Notes under the pieces: model-generated
What the model saw: only the letters and a program-made list of their open reading frames with translations
Databases searched by the model: none
What the model was told of the DNA's origin: nothing
Part shown: positions 13,101 through 31,796 of the stretch, piece by piece
How the letters are laid out: every line of letters begins with the position of its first letter
Position numbering within the stretch: the stretch's first letter is position 1
Assembly (NCBI RefSeq): GCF_964355755.1
Contig: NC_092677.1
Location: 16,266,101-16,330,100, forward strand
DNA length: 64,000 nt
Direction: 5' to 3'
From: Antedon mediterranea
Taxonomy: Eukaryota; Animalia; Echinodermata
Program-made: the position numbers and the translations under genes

Positions 13101-16100
13101 TTTCTGTTCCGACTCCATCAACGTCTACCACCATTACCATATCATACTTCTTCAAAGTGTTGGCTATTAGCTGAATCTATAAGAAACAAATACAAGTACT
13201 CATTTTTTAATACATTCTTAGGAAACAAAATTTTTATTACTCAATGTCTCCGGCAGATATCATGAATAATGCATGAGATGAATAATTGCAAAAGATAGCT
13301 GACATATTTCCTAAATATCACTTAATCTACCCCTCTAAATAATCTCTCTCAAACATTCAAAAAAGAAATAGAAGATGTTATTGCAGAAGAACCTCTCCTT
13401 TGGGACACCCGTATTAAGGGGACATTTTTCTGTGAAATGAATGAGGAGCAATACCCCACAATACAGCCAACCCTTATTTTAATTTTAAGAGGACACATAA
13501 GTTTGGGTCTGAGGTGTCCCCTTAATAGGTGTTCCACTGTACTACTTGAATCTATGTCACTTTAATACTAAATTCTTCAGTACCAACCTGTATTTTCAAT
13601 TCACTCTGTGGATCTATCATGCCATTATCTGGTGTGATTGTAAACTCTTTGGGAAATTTACTGTGTCCAGTCTTGCCCAGGGTTGTATCACCGTTAGATG
13701 CACATACTGTATCGTCAGTCCCATCTCCAGGAACACGCAACGCAAACTTCATCGGCACTAAAGCTGTGTTGACTAATGTTGCGCACTGAATATTTGTGAA
13801 TCCTGTAAAAGAATATAAATAATTTCATAAATCTGTTTTATTCACGACATCTTTTTCTAATAAACTGCTTAGAATATTTAATCAACAATAAAAAACCATA
13901 GCACACAATTATTCATTAACATTTATTTCTATTGTATAGATGATAAATGCAACAGTTGAATTACCATATGAAATAGTTCCAAACTTGAGACGTGGGACAT
14001 CAAAATGAAAGGTAGGCCCAATCACGCAACCTTTGAACTTAAGCTGAAGTTGCGTTGGTGAACCATCAACGTGAAACTCAAACACTTCATCGAAGTCACC
14101 CAGAAGTGAGGAACAGAATGATATCAGTATGGCTTGGTGACTGCCAGTTTGTATATCGCCATCATTAGGCTTAAACTTAAAGCATGGACCAAATGTTGTC
14201 TGTGATTTGAGTCGTTTAAATGATGCGTCAATGTCACCAATGTTTGAAATTACTACCTAGGAATGGAGAAAAAAAAATTCATGATCATATGTCCTTATGA
14301 GTATATTTTGACTGAAGCTCTGTCTACACTATCAAACTTTATGTGATAAAAAAATGTGATGTGCCCATATATCATATCACTATCATTTAGGCACATCAGA
14401 CTTTTTTGTCAAACTAGTAGTTTAGTATAGATATAACTTAATTAAGAATCCAATCCTACATCAACATTTCCTCTGGCATTGATGACATTTTAAACTCAGT
14501 ATCTAGTATTCACTGAGGTGACATGGACGTGATTTGACTGCTCTCCTCTCCTCATGATGTTCTTTTGTTGTACTGTATTTCAAAGATATTCTCTCTTAGA
14601 TTGTAGATCTCCATTGTAATAATATTTACATACAAATAATACTATCATAACTTTGATATTTAACAAAGAACTGTACTTACAAATATTAACATTATTATAA
14701 ATGGCAACTTAACTATAATTTTATTTTCATTTAATTTTTAACTACATTTCGATTGTAATTTTTGGTTGTAATTATCATTTTTGTAAATGTTAATTTCTTT
14801 TCCATCTTTGGGTATTTTTGAATAAATTTGCTACAATTTAAAAATAGCTTTTTATAAAGTGATACACAATATTGGTAGAATATTACCTCATATGCATGTG
14901 TTGATCCAATAAAAATATGGCCCATATCAAGCGAATCAAAAGAAAACATCAATTTTGGACCAACACCATCACCACGAATCCTCAACGGTAGTCTGGATTC
15001 ACGTCCAGTAATGTCACAGTACGCTGTACGGGAATATATAGTAGCTTCCTGGGGTTTGAAAATTACATTGACCTCGGCGGACGAATTCGGCCAAATTTCA
15101 CCCTCTGAAGGCTCAATGACAAACACATCATCAGAGAACAGCATACTGTCTGTTTCAATAAGCTATTAAAGACATTTATATTTTGTTATTTTAAAACAAA
15201 TTCAAATATTTTGCTTTATAAAAAACTAGTGCAGAACTACATTTAAGGGTCTTTCGTGCCGGAACTAGTGTGAAAGACCCTTTATACGCCTAATTAAAGC
15301 TACATTCACACTGTACCTTGCGTCTGTTGTTAAAGGTCTGAGTGAGAATGGCCATTTTGTCTCTCACAGTTGGATCTGAAATGCACTCAGCCAGAAACCT
15401 ATCATGATCCATGACTTCTTCTGACTCCAAGTCTTGGCAAAATCTTAGTTAAAAAAACAGTAGTAGTACAGTAATATGTATATAGTAAAATGATGTCCTA
15501 CAATAAAGCTTGAGGTTAATAGTATGTATATATCTGCTTGTTTGCAGTTTAAAGAACCCATTGAATCTTTTGGAACAGTGGGGGTTAACCCTGTTGCACT
15601 GTTACTGTGGACAGGCGAAAGAGCCTTTACAATAAAGTCTACAAGAAAGCGATCAACTACACACATTTTCAATAAATTATTTTAAGTATTGAGATAACTA
15701 CTTATCAATTTATAATTTTAAATAGTTTATCACTTTAAGTGCTAGTCTAAAAGTAGATGACCATATAAGGAAATATTTTTCATAATTCTCAAAACGAAAC
15801 AAGGAAGCAAGCATTGTATTCAAAACAATTGATTTTTTCAGAAATCAACTAAAACAACACATAAAAATTACGCAATTTGATAAATTTCAGGAAACTAATC
15901 GTCAGGAAGAGATTAAATTTGAACATTTGTATTTGTATTTCATTTTTCCTTTGAGGAAATTATCTTAACAAAAATTATTGAAAACTGCTCAACAACATGA
16001 TAAACTATTTTTTAAAGAAAATGAAGTAGTAATATGGTAGAGGAATAGGTTGTATTATATATAAAATATTAAAATATGCTTTGCAACATAATAAATTGTA

Positions 16101-19100
16101 CTACTATTGTACTACTTTGTGTGTGACAAAGATGTGATTTTGGGAATTACAAAGCGGTCCTACAGTGTGCCGACTATAGGAAACCTGTATACGAGTCATT
16201 TGAGGGCAAAACAAAGTATCTACACACATTTTAGTTGCATTATGTATGCAAACATTGAAAAATGGGGTCGACGAGGGTCAAATATTGTACTTCCGGTCAT
16301 TTTTCGTAAAATGTTTCATTAGAGCAAATATTAATATACATTCTAAATAAATCAGTGAAAAAATCAACTCTCTCTGACTAGTAGTTTTTGAAATATGGTA
16401 ACCCTATTGATTCACCCTAATTTGCATATTTAAGCTAATTTGCATATCATCGGGATGAGTGACAGAGGTGTGATGATCAAATTTTGATCTCCTCATCATA
16501 TGTGACCAAAAAAAATATCTCTGTTTGCAATTTGTTTTACTTTGGGCTGTTTTTTTTAGATAGATTGCCTAGCCTAAATCTGTTTCAAAGTTTGAGTTCA
16601 AGACTCAGTTGGGGCACATCTTTCCACTATTGTATATTTTCTCCTCTGGAACAAACTGGATGTATAATAGGTGGTATACTGATTTTGCAGATTGACAAAA
16701 TACTATGATTTTGTGAAAATTTATTGTTGATCATAAGGTTATTGTTTATACCATTTTGGGTGTTTTTGTAGGGCATAAATTCTTTTTAAAGGAGAAGTTA
16801 CTAATTATAGCAATACCTTTCCTTTTGATGTATTTCTTCTTCCAAACTAGCAAACGGTTTCCATTGATAATGCACAATTACGTTACTTCTGTTGCTTATG
16901 GTAACGGATCTCTGATTGGCCATTGAAATAAATGTATTTTCTATACGCAAGGAGCTCTTGTCTAATCGGACGTTGGCATCAGTGGCACATCCATAAAGAT
17001 TGACGTGTACGTTTTCATTAGTGTCGTAGCTGATGATCAGGCTGCTGCTGTGGTCACCGACTTTGATTGGTTTAAAAATCAGTTCAATTTGCATACTATC
17101 GCCAACAGGTAATATTCCATTTTCTGGATTGACTGAAAATGGCCTAGAAAAATAAAAAACAAATTAAACTGTTTATCTATGCTTATCTTATTATTTAGTG
17201 ACTGTTTGACCAACTGTTTTGTGCATACCGCAAACACCCTCCCCGAATAAATGCAAAGGGTCTTTATAGTTTGTTTTCGGCATATAAATGCCTTGCCATG
17301 TTCATATACGCACAATACTGTATTAAATACAACATACCGGTATTTCTTTTTGTAATACTAGCAGTAGAATATATTAACTGAGACAAAGCATTTCTATACA
17401 ATTTGTACTTGACAAATAAACAACCTGGGCCATTTATTCAAATAAATATGTTGATATAAAGTTTGCGGTACACCACGTATATTACTTCTGAAAAGAACTG
17501 TTGAGTTTCTTGACGTTCCAATCAATATGCTTTGATCGTCCTCACAAGTGAGTATACAAATAAATATGGTACTATAAATCCAATGAAAACAGTGATGGAT
17601 AAACAGTGGCCAAGCCTCAATGGATACAAATTAATCTAAAACAGAAAACACTATTACTATTCAAAATTACTAATCAACATACCCATCTGTATTTATGGAA
17701 AACTTTGCCTCTCTGTTACCCACGTTACGAACCAGAAGCATCTTTGTAGATCGGTATTTTACGGGAGAAGTCTGAAACGTGACATTGTCGGGGAAATCTA
17801 ACAGTGCACGTGCACCGATAGCTTTGACAGGTACAATGAACTTCTCACGCTCAGTAACACATACCAACTCGTGGATGTAGTCCTAAAAAATTAAGAAAAT
17901 ATCACTTTTAAAAGTTTACACTAGTACTTAGTGACTTAAAGAAGTTTAAAATAAACCTTCTGAAAAACACAAATAGAAAAATAAAAATACATTTTTCTAT
18001 TATGATTTCAATAAAATTATGATTTGAACATTAAATTTACACTAAAGCGTGGTTGCTACTAGCGACGCTATGTAACCAACGCAAAATAAGAAAATACCCA
18101 TCCAATAATTATGTTTGCTCCATATTCGTGAAATAAATTTTTAACGCATACTTGATTGACTAAGCGCTGTACTATGTTTCTCTTGCGTTTGTCTTACTTT
18201 GTTGTGTGAAATCAAACTGACTTGATTTCCTGTTCGACTGTTTACTGTTCCCACTTGTGATTACACAATACGGCAATTTGCGTTGATACATTATTGCAGT
18301 GGAAACCACGCCTAAATACATCTACAATACAAATATGTCATGGATAGGTAATTGTAAAGCAAACAAACCTTTTTCTCTTCGGGGATAAACTGAACTTTAA
18401 AGATTGTCGGTATTCCAGGGGCAACTTTATGGCCTACATCATGGGGGCTGATTATCTTAAAATAGGGGGAATCTGCTTGAACTACTTTCACCAACCGTGG
18501 TACCTACATAAATAGAAAATAAAGCAACAAAATTCAACCAATAGTACTCTGATAAATGTTTATATAGATCCATGTTATCAGGATAATAACAAATGCTGAA
18601 AAAGGAAGAATCATAAATGTTGAAGGTAAACAATTGGTTGTAACTGTTTGCAGAGCCTAAAAAAACACTTCCGATCTGTAAAAAACTATTCAACGTTGCC
18701 AGTTTATTTGCGATTGAATAGTCATTGTCTCAAATATGAAAAATAATACAAATTGAAATTGGTACCCACTTTGTCATTGTTTCGTAAAACTAACGGTACT
18801 TCATAGACTTCAAATGGTTTGTAATTTAAAAACGTAATTTCTGACGGAAATGGTTGAAACATTGGTTCATCAATATCGACCTCTGACATCATCTGATACG
18901 TAGTGTCACCCATGTCTAGAAGTTCAATGATTTGTGGTATGCGCATAACATGCGTGTTTGCAAGTTTCTCTTCTGTTGATTGCTCCATTTCCTTCATAAA
19001 ACTAGACGGCGTCAGCTAAGATATTTAAAAAGGGAGAAAATATTATTCACAGAAACAGGACAAATTTTCCGTTTAAAGATGTATTGTGCCTCAAAAAACA

Positions 19101-19891
19101 TGAAAAATGAAGATAAATAAAATCAGAATTTGAATAGGCCATTTTGTAGTTTTAACAAAGTTGATCACTTCTGTAGGAAAAAAAAAATGACAAAATAAAC
19201 TGTTCAACCAAATAATCATTGGCTGGCAGCCAATTTGACTATTTTTTGCTTTAAATTACATTTTATTAGGTAAATAATTTTGTTTTCGATCCAGTTTTTG
19301 GTCAAAGTAAATAACTATTATGTAAAATTAAAATGGCATATTAAACAAAAAAAAATTAAAAAAAAATATTTTTTCAGGAGGACAATACATCTTTAAATGG
19401 CAGCCTAGAAATAACAGTTAAAATCGATCGATTTGATGTTCGTGGAAAACACCATTTAATCAGTTATCACAGTGTAAATGCAAAACAATGGTTAATTTAT
19501 CTAGTGCTGATGACCTTGAGCCAACTACTGATGTATATTGAACGTTTAATAGCCTGGGCACATTGTATTTTGGGTAACGACAAACACTCAGTGATTTAAA
19601 TGGTTATTTTGCATCACAAATTTGTCATAAATCAAATTTGAAATATAGACATGTTATTGTTGCTGTTTATTCAGCGCTACAGTACAGATTATTTAAATAA
19701 GATAAAAAAATTATGATGAATAAATCAAATTTCAAACATAATTATTTATTTTAATATATTACCTTTTCTGGTTCTTGTATCCCACGAATTAGCTTTGGGT
19801 TTCTAGGGGCCATAACTTTGCTGTCGTACAATGGTGTGTCACCACAATCAGTAGCCCTTTTGGCCGTCTGCTTTTCCAAGCCTGTAGGCAT
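1171..19891 (-). CDS. HYDIN: Hydrocephalus-inducing protein homolog (axonemal central-pair protein), 5' portion; 28 coding exons, gene continues left of the window
   Basis: Exons, all GT-AG with consistent phases: 19763-19891, 18770-19015, 18369-18503, 17683-17882, 16817-17143, 15317-15443, 14887-15162, 13965-14256, 13588-13802, 13076-13176, 12454-12589, 11469-11633, 10849-11001, 10214-10317, 9848-9982, 9365-9506, 8639-8751, 6741-6891, 6165-6302, 5471-5599, 4823-4962, 4371-4572, 3841-4251, 3441-3650, 2795-3268, 2467-2669, 1484-1757, 1171-1365 (5523 nt). Translation MPTGLEKQ...LTPSSFMKEM...PQIIELLDMGDTT...FQPFPSEITFLNYKPFEVYEVPLVLRNNDKVPRLVKVV...CVTEREKFIVPVKAIGARALLDFPD matches the HYDIN N-terminus as I recall it. 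Confidence 0.96.
1869..2440. repeat. 21-bp minisatellite (GGTACCCTGGATACAACAATA) with variant units, HYDIN intron
   Basis: Directly visible tandem units. The ORF 2141-2416 is a by-product. Confidence 0.9.
7008..8353. repeat. 89-bp minisatellite, 15 near-identical copies, with five G-tracts per unit
   Basis: The CCCC landmark recurs at 7025, 7114, 7203 ... 8271 (period 89). Each unit contains GGGGATGGGTGGGAGAGTGAGGGAAGGGG. Confidence 0.95.
8940..9200 (+). mobile_element. Degenerate Deu/Nin-domain SINE
   Basis: GGTCCAGTG..GTACACAT..GCACTATAAAGAACCCAGTGCATCTTTTGGAAGACTAGGGGGTTTACCCAGGTGTA aligns with the copy at 22560-22823. Confidence 0.55.
10428..10589. mobile_element. Palindromic MITE family A (PIF/Harbinger-like), full copy
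   Basis: TAA|AGCTCTGTCTACACTATCAAACTTTATGTGAC...GTCACATAAAGTTTGATAGTGTGGACGGAGCT|TAA. Further copies at 12254-12385, 14315-14430, 23537-23657, 24590-24730, 25845-25984, 26025-26148, 44414-44533 and 45100-45215. Confidence 0.8.
11715..12030 (-). mobile_element. tRNA-derived Deu/Nin-domain SINE
   Basis: Minus strand has A box TAGCTGAGCAGTTAAG, B box GGTTCAAACCT, then GTCTTCTCGGATAAAGATGTAAAAC..GCACATTAAAGAACC. Same family as 22560-22823. Confidence 0.6.
12813..12836 (-). other. HYDIN: Candidate 24-nt stop-containing (poison) microexon in HYDIN intron 12590-13075
   Basis: Minus strand reads tattgtgttgtag|GTCGTCGCAGTGAATTAACAGGAT|gtaagt. In the phase-2 frame it gives AA|G TCG TCG CAG TGA. Confidence 0.45.
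13384..13540. mobile_element. Tc1/mariner-like MITE remnant (CAGT.GAAC..CT..TAAGGGACACC family)
   Basis: CAGAAGAACCTCTCCTTTGGGACACCC ... GGTGTCCCCTTAATAGGTGTTCCACTG|TA. Related fragments near 6335-6485, 29575, 38080-38190, 45005 and 51722. Confidence 0.5.
18046..18312. mobile_element. MITE family B (Harbinger-like, TAA TSD)
   Basis: TAA|AGCGTGGTTGCTACTAG ... GCAGTGGAAACCACGCC|TAA. Related copy at 39303-39467. Confidence 0.6.
19077..19392. mobile_element. Non-autonomous TTAA-TSD element (Kolobok-like)
   Basis: TTAA|AGATGTATTGTGCCTC ... GAGGACAATACATCT|TTAA. Confidence 0.7.
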
Positions 19892-20466
19892 CGTGATTTA
19901 TTTATTATGTTGATGACCCTTTTTTAAACAAAATAAAATGCTACTTATTAATAAATAATAAGTACTTACTTAAATTAAAGTATCCTATTTATAGCATAGG
20001 TTTTAGCCTATAAGCCATACCCTAGTCTAGAATGTGTGTTGCGCCACCAAAAAAGAAGAGAAGAAAAAAACTTGTTCTGATTTTTTTTTAAATAAAACCA
20101 ATAATCGATGAGTAATATTGAAATAATTTTTTAACAAGATTGAAACAAAATGTGTAGGCTTAGGAATCAAGATATGCTAAACTTCCATTATTACGTTTTA
20201 AAATAATTGTTCAATAAATAATAATTTCTAGACCTAGGCCCTAGGCTAGTTCCTAGTTCCGCCCGGCCCGGACTCACTCTCTCCAACCAATCTCCCCATT
20301 TCCATCATCACAATCAATACGATGGTGGTGTGTGTATCATAATCCAACTATCATTCATTTCTCAATTCTGGTCTGTTTCGCCTACCTACTTTAGGCTACC
20401 AATCTAGCCTAGTTTAGGCCTAGGCCTAGCTAATGATACAGCAAATGGAAAACCTGTGACACTTAC

Positions 20467-21016
20467 CTTTAAAACCAAATCAGAACAATGTTTTGTTTCT
20501 AGGTAGTATAGGGAAGCGCCATCTTGTTTTCAATTTGCTGTTTCCATGTAGATAACCTTTGTATGCTCCACTGATCAATCAATTAACGTGTTCCGGGTCA
20601 AATTGTTTCTCCATGATCAACCAATCATAAACCAAAAAAGTTTCATCATGACGTAACCAATGCGTATTAATTATTTTGACTGTTACTACTGTTACCCGTC
20701 CTACCTTATTATAAAAGATTCATTATCAAAATTTAAATAGTAGTACTGTATAATACTTATTCGGTTTCTGTAATTTTTTTTTTGTAATTTCTAATTTGTG
20801 TCTCATATTTCAGTTTTTAAAAGGTACAACCAAAGAACTTGTACAACCCATTTTAATAGATTTAAAAAAACTATATTTCAAGGTTCACAAACGCGTAGTA
20901 CCATGACGATTTTTTAGTAAATCGGCTAAATTATTACGTCATTTCTTCCCACTCTAACTATACGGCCAAAAGCTTTGAAGAATCGATTTCGTTGTATGAA
21001 ATTGAAATTATTAACC
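20467..21016. promoter_or_regulatory. Bidirectional promoter region HYDIN/PRELID3, including the probable non-coding first exon of HYDIN (about 20467-20530)
   Basis: Minus-strand donor AAG|GTAAGT at 20466 and an acceptor at 19919-19920 just upstream of the HYDIN ATG. YY1-like GCGCCATCTT 20516-20525, RFX X-box-like GTTTCCATGTAGATAAC 20540-20556, ETS-like TTCCGG about 20591, CCAAT boxes about 20621 and 20657, CRE-like TGACGTAA about 20649. PRELID3 ATG at 21017. Confidence 0.6.
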
Positions 21017-26476
<5,460 letters not shown>

Positions 26477-26669
26477 TACATCCGATTTCCAAGTGCAATT
26501 TTAAGATTTATTTTCATATTTGACGCCAAATATTTAAATTTAATTAGCAAGTATTACGTGAGAGATGCTTAATAAACCAATAACGTTTTTAACTTTTACC
26601 TTAATACTTGTATGTCATTCCTGAAATAGGTATTGGTTATTTAGTTATCAAGAAAGACTAAATTTCTTA

Positions 26670-26802
26670 CCATATTTATTCGAATAAACACATCCCATAG
26701 AACATTGTTTGAAATAAATTCTCCCACAAACAATATATTATAAATTTGTAGTAAAATCCATTAGCTTAAAAACGGTAACGCCGTTTATTCGAATAAATAT
26801 GG
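26670..26802. mobile_element. Tc1/mariner(pogo)-like MITE, TA TSD, just downstream of PRELID3
   Basis: TA|CCATATTTATTCGAATAAAC ... GTTTATTCGAATAAATATGG|TA. Related fragment at about 48128-48333. Confidence 0.7.
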
Positions 26803-28146
26803 TATTCATTAATGCAATTCAAAGAAAAGTCTATCATGGGACAGCCCAATGGTGTACCATGATGACCTGTCCATTGTGGTGGCCCGATGTGCGACAACCT
26901 ATTCAATGGGCTGGCCCAGAAATCTGGTTTTTAGAATGCATTTTAGAGAATAGGACAAAAGTTTGGACATTGTAAAACATTTGTGAATTTCCAGAATTTG
27001 GGAGAGTTTACTAAATTTTTTAATGGAAGAAATCACTAACACTCTCTAATAGCTTTGCTAAAGTGGCTATTACAGTATTTTATTTATTTAATTTCGAGAA
27101 TCGTGTAAATGTGATAAAACTATTTCACATGAATTAACTGAAATGTGTCATAGATACATATCCTATTAAGTATGTTGTAAGTTTAAACATTTACTTTATT
27201 ATTAAAAAAAAAAAATTAGGCCTAAGCAGATTTTTATTATGTTTCACCCTATGCATTACTAACCTAGCAATAAAAAGGTATAAAAGAATTGTTGAAAATG
27301 GGCTCATAAAATATTTTGAGTAGTATACCATCTAGATAATACAGTTTATTTTATCATATTGGTCATGGACCTACTCTACAAAAATATTACCAAAAAAAAA
27401 TTCTCTAGAGGCTGATTATCACTATCTGACATTACAATTGTGTTTTTGAATGATTTATTGACACTCTCTTTACAAAATAAAAGTAAAATACATATACTTC
27501 AAACATTTGATAATAATGTACAGCACATAACTCTGAGATGATATACAATATTAATAACACTGCCTCCAAGGTTGTCAAACATTATCTATATTTTATGATA
27601 TAAACGTACAGTGTAGATTAGATAATGTTTTTCTGATACATTTTACCTCGTGAAACTTTTTCAAAGCAGCTTGTTTACTTTAAATGCAATATTATATTCA
27701 TTATGTAAGCTTAAGTAAATTAATTGAAACCTGCTCTATAATTAAAGTAACTGTGACTTGTACGAATTGAAATTGTTCTGATTATAAAATGTTTTTCCTT
27801 TGTGGTCTAGTGGGTTGTTTGGTTAACATGATTTCATGATTGGTTAGATGCTTTCCAGGTTCTAGACCGAAATTTCTAACAAGAATATTTTGGCACATAT
27901 GGCGTTTCATACGTATATTACTTGAGCTCAGTATCGAAACGCCGACTGGCGGACTATTACATAACAAGAAAATAACTAGACACTTGGGGCAAGTCTAGGT
28001 AATTTTCTATCGGTATATTCTTGCTGAATTCAATCATAATGGATTAAAAAATATATCCAATTAAATTTGTTAAAATCCAACGATTTGGTTCCGTGCACTG
28101 ATTTCCAGCCTGATATGTAATCACTAAAATAAATAAATCTACAAAC

Positions 28147-28176
28147 ATATATATATATATATAAAAATATATATAT

Positions 28177-28271
<95 letters not shown>

Positions 28272-28309
28272 CATTATATTATATATTATTATATTATATT
28301 ATATTACAT

Positions 28310-28399
<90 letters not shown>
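28147..28399. repeat. (TA)n / (TATAT)n microsatellite
   Basis: Directly visible. Confidence 0.97.
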
Positions 28400-28401
<2 letters not shown>

Positions 28402-30222
28402 TTTTGATTTCGCTTTTCGCTTTTTTTTGTATCTCCATTGAGATCCAGCCACTGATACGCACATCATTGTCATTTTTACAGATTTGCCTTTGGATTTATA
28501 AATATATATATGTATATGTCCAATTTAATGTGCCGTTTTCCTAATGGATTTTGATAATATTTTGCTGGTTAATAATAAATTTGCCTCAGGACAGTACAAT
28601 CATATTTGTTGTGTTTTAATTACAAGAATATTTACTATAAATGATCGAGTAGTCGCCGTATTCTATTCATTTTGATTAACCGTGGCGGGTTGAATAATAA
28701 TAATAATTTAGTTTAGCTTTTAGTATGTTTCATGAGGAGTTGAAAATACCTGATGCAATATTAAATTATCCCCTTTCTGACATTTGTCAGCCCTATATTA
28801 TAACAATACGTATATGTTGGAAAAAACTGTTCTACAGTATGTTACGGTTAACCCACCCCTTCCTAACCATTGATCCTAAATCCTAAATGCGGTTATCTTT
28901 CCTAATTTGTTTATATGCCAGCATCGGAGATGGAAGAGGACAAGAAGTAACGATATTGTGGACTTTGATCGAAGGACAGAAATATACTATGCTATTATGG
29001 GAGCAGTTAGGCAATTCTTTTATTATATTTCGGAAAGACAGAAAGAAAAAATGAATATAAAATAAGAAGAAAAAAGAAAAGAAAAAAACAGATAACAAGA
29101 GAAAAGAGAAAAAGAACAAAACAGAAAAAAAAAAACAAAACAAAAACAGAAAAAGATGAAAGATAACAAGATATTTTAATAAAAAGAACAAGATAAAAAA
29201 AAAGATTAATTAAATATTTAAATTTAAAAGGCGGGAAATGAACTCACAGTGGCCGTGCTACTACGGTATTCGAGATTGTGTATTTCCCCACATCATCAAA
29301 ACATTAATGTGCTTAGAATAACTGGAACAAGTTTGTGTAGTCAAAAACTAGAATACAGAATACAACTTATTAATATCTCAACATAATCGTGTTACGATTA
29401 CCCATTTCCATATACAAAATTAAAATCGACAACATACTCCTAAACGTTCAATGAATATAGATTAAATGATTAACTATTGATTTATTTTACGATTTCCTAA
29501 TAATAAATAGGATTCAGTGTCTACCATTTGTTAGTTTTAGTTACATATGACCTACAATGGCAATGAGTAAATATTGTAGAAGCCTCTTTTTGGGACACCC
29601 AAATTCCTGAAAACTGTCAGGATTGAACACACGCCCATCATAGGATCGGTTGCTAGTTCATGTTTCCGCAATGTATTGGTTTAATTCTTCATTTTTTTAG
29701 CACATATGGCGTTTCATACGTATATTACTTGAGCTCAGTATTTAGACAAAAATCGAAAGGCCGACTGGGTGAATAAAATAAAACGACAATAACTACAGAC
29801 TACATGGGCAAGTAGTATTCAATCAATCAAGAATTTTAATTTAAAGCGGTCGCATAAAAAATAATGCAAAGCAACTTACCTTTTAAGTATCTATCAATGG
29901 AGGTATAAAAATCCATTATAACATCCAGCCCAAGTCTAAAAATAAACTCAAGATGCCTTTTTTTTTAGTCACACTTCACAGCAACCATATGATGTGGCTT
30001 AGAGGCCTACATTGATTTCCATAGTAGATCAACCACTGTAAATTCTTATCCTTGCTTTTTACAGAATACCTCAGACTATGGGGTAACATGTTCACGACAT
30101 GGACGAACGCTTCATATTTGACAATAATTTTGTATCTAATCATGGCGGTAACAAATAAATCGTTATTTAGTTTTAGCAATGAATGCAAAATATCATTGTG
30201 TAAACGGAATGAATTAATACCG

Positions 30223-30853
30223 AACTAGAACGACACTCCGAGAGTGCATACCTCCGCCTATACACAAGATTTCACCGGAAAAAAAATGTTTTTGAGTTGT
30301 TGTGTCTTAATGCTGTGTGTGATTTAGGCTAATTTTACTACAAGCATGTGTATGCGAGTTTAGTGTAAAGGTATGTAACCAGCCTTTCAACTAACAATAG
30401 TTTCAGTTGACTAACAATAGAACAGCAACGCCAAAACAAACTGGTGAATTTGAAAAGAAATAGGTACTCGTATCAAAAAAAACCTCTCAATTAAATCAAA
30501 TTATGTTTTAAAGTTACAAATCACAAATTATAACTCTTGCCTCTTGTACAAAAATGAAGTTTACGAGAAAATGCAATTTTAGTTTACTTGTTACTTCAAG
30601 ACTGCCTTGTCGGCTTTTGAAAATTCTGTCTTATCTTTTAACACTAGGAGGTCTGAAAGTTATACTAAAAAAGTGTTCCAGAATTGGGACCGTGGTCCGG
30701 ATTGCCTTCAAAACTTAATGGGGTGGTCTTTGGCTACATATCTATCTGTATTTTCATTTTGATAATATCTTGCTTACTTTTAGTAATCCTGCTAATAACA
30801 AACAGAAAGACAAACACACGCGATCGAATACATACCTCTTTGGCGGAGGTAAA
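30223..30853 (+). mobile_element. Non-autonomous Helentron/DINE-1-like element
   Basis: Starts AACTAGAA. Subterminal ACCTCCGCC (30250-30258) is inverted to GGCGGAGGT (30842-30850). A degenerate (ACAG/ACAA)n tract precedes a 3' hairpin TACCTC TTTGGCG GAGGTA. Confidence 0.55.
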
Positions 30854-31320
30854 TAACACCGAAAATGTCTGGCTACCGCAAGTGAAAAATAACACGCATG
30901 CTCAAAAGAAGGTGTTGGCTGTGTATAAAATTTAATGTAAAGTAATATCAAAATTAAGAAACCAATCTATTTGAAAGTACGATATCTTTTATCAAATGCT
31001 ATATGCTTTACATACAACGCATGTCAAATTTATATTAAATACTTTAGCTAACGTTAAAGTGATTTTAACTAAACCAAACTCTCTTTGAATGACTGTCAAA
31101 AATAAGTTAGTCCTATGAGAGCTAATCAAATTTGTAAAATATTACTGTTTATATTCAATTGCAGGAAATTGTTTACTTTATAGATATTATTATATCACTA
31201 TCATACATAGTCATATAATTGTTTGAAGAAAATATGTTTGAAAAAAATAAGAAATAGAGAAAATGAAAATGTTTATTAAGAAACAATCACCAGTATTCTA
31301 GCATATGGTAAAATACAACA

Positions 31321-31796
31321 AGGCAATCTAACAACAGGACGCGATATTTCTTTTCGTACATAAGTTGGGGACCCCTCATGAAACGTCACAAAATAAATAT
31401 GAATATTCATTAGTCATATTCATAAGAATGTATCTAACAACAATCCACTAATGCAAACGCTTTCTGTCGAGCCGTCTGTGTAGTCGAATGAATTAGACTA
31501 TGGACTTTACATGTATGGGGTTTGAATCCCAGGAGCAACTTCTTTTTACTTTATATTATAGTGAGAGAGATTATTTAGAGGGTTAGGTTTAGTTATATTT
31601 TGGAAGTAATTCGGCTATCTTTCACATAAGGGGTCCCGAACTTATGTACGAAAAAAAATCGCCGGACACTAAACTCGCTATTCCAAGATAGGAACTCGTA
31701 ACATTCCTTTGACAATACTGTACATAAATTGATCTTGTCGCAGCCACAGATAAATCATTTGGTCCCCGGAGCTTGCATCCTGTTGTTAGATTTTCT
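31321..31796. mobile_element. MITE family C interrupted by a nested TIR element (31341-31663)
   Basis: Host TIR AGGCAATCTAACAACAGGA/TCCTGTTGTTAGATTTTCT. Nested element TIR GCGATATTTCTTTTCGTACATAAGTT..GACCCCT/AGGGGTC..AACTTATGTACGAAAAAAAATCGC with GGAC duplicated on both sides. Uninterrupted host copy at 35579-35796. Confidence 0.75.

Noticed and set aside
14480-14520. TGATGA...CTGA box C/D-like pair
   Set aside because: Too short and antisense to the host HYDIN transcript.
28883-29191. 102-aa Phe-rich ORF
   Set aside because: Low-complexity A-rich tract read on the minus strand.
27890-29815. Shared ~100-bp segment at about 27890-27995 and 29698-29815
   Set aside because: Probably fragments of an ordinary dispersed repeat. 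No structure or coding signal was found.
30684-30951. Short hydrophobic ORFs on both strands
   Set aside because: They overlap the Helentron-like element and have no recognisable homology or splice context.
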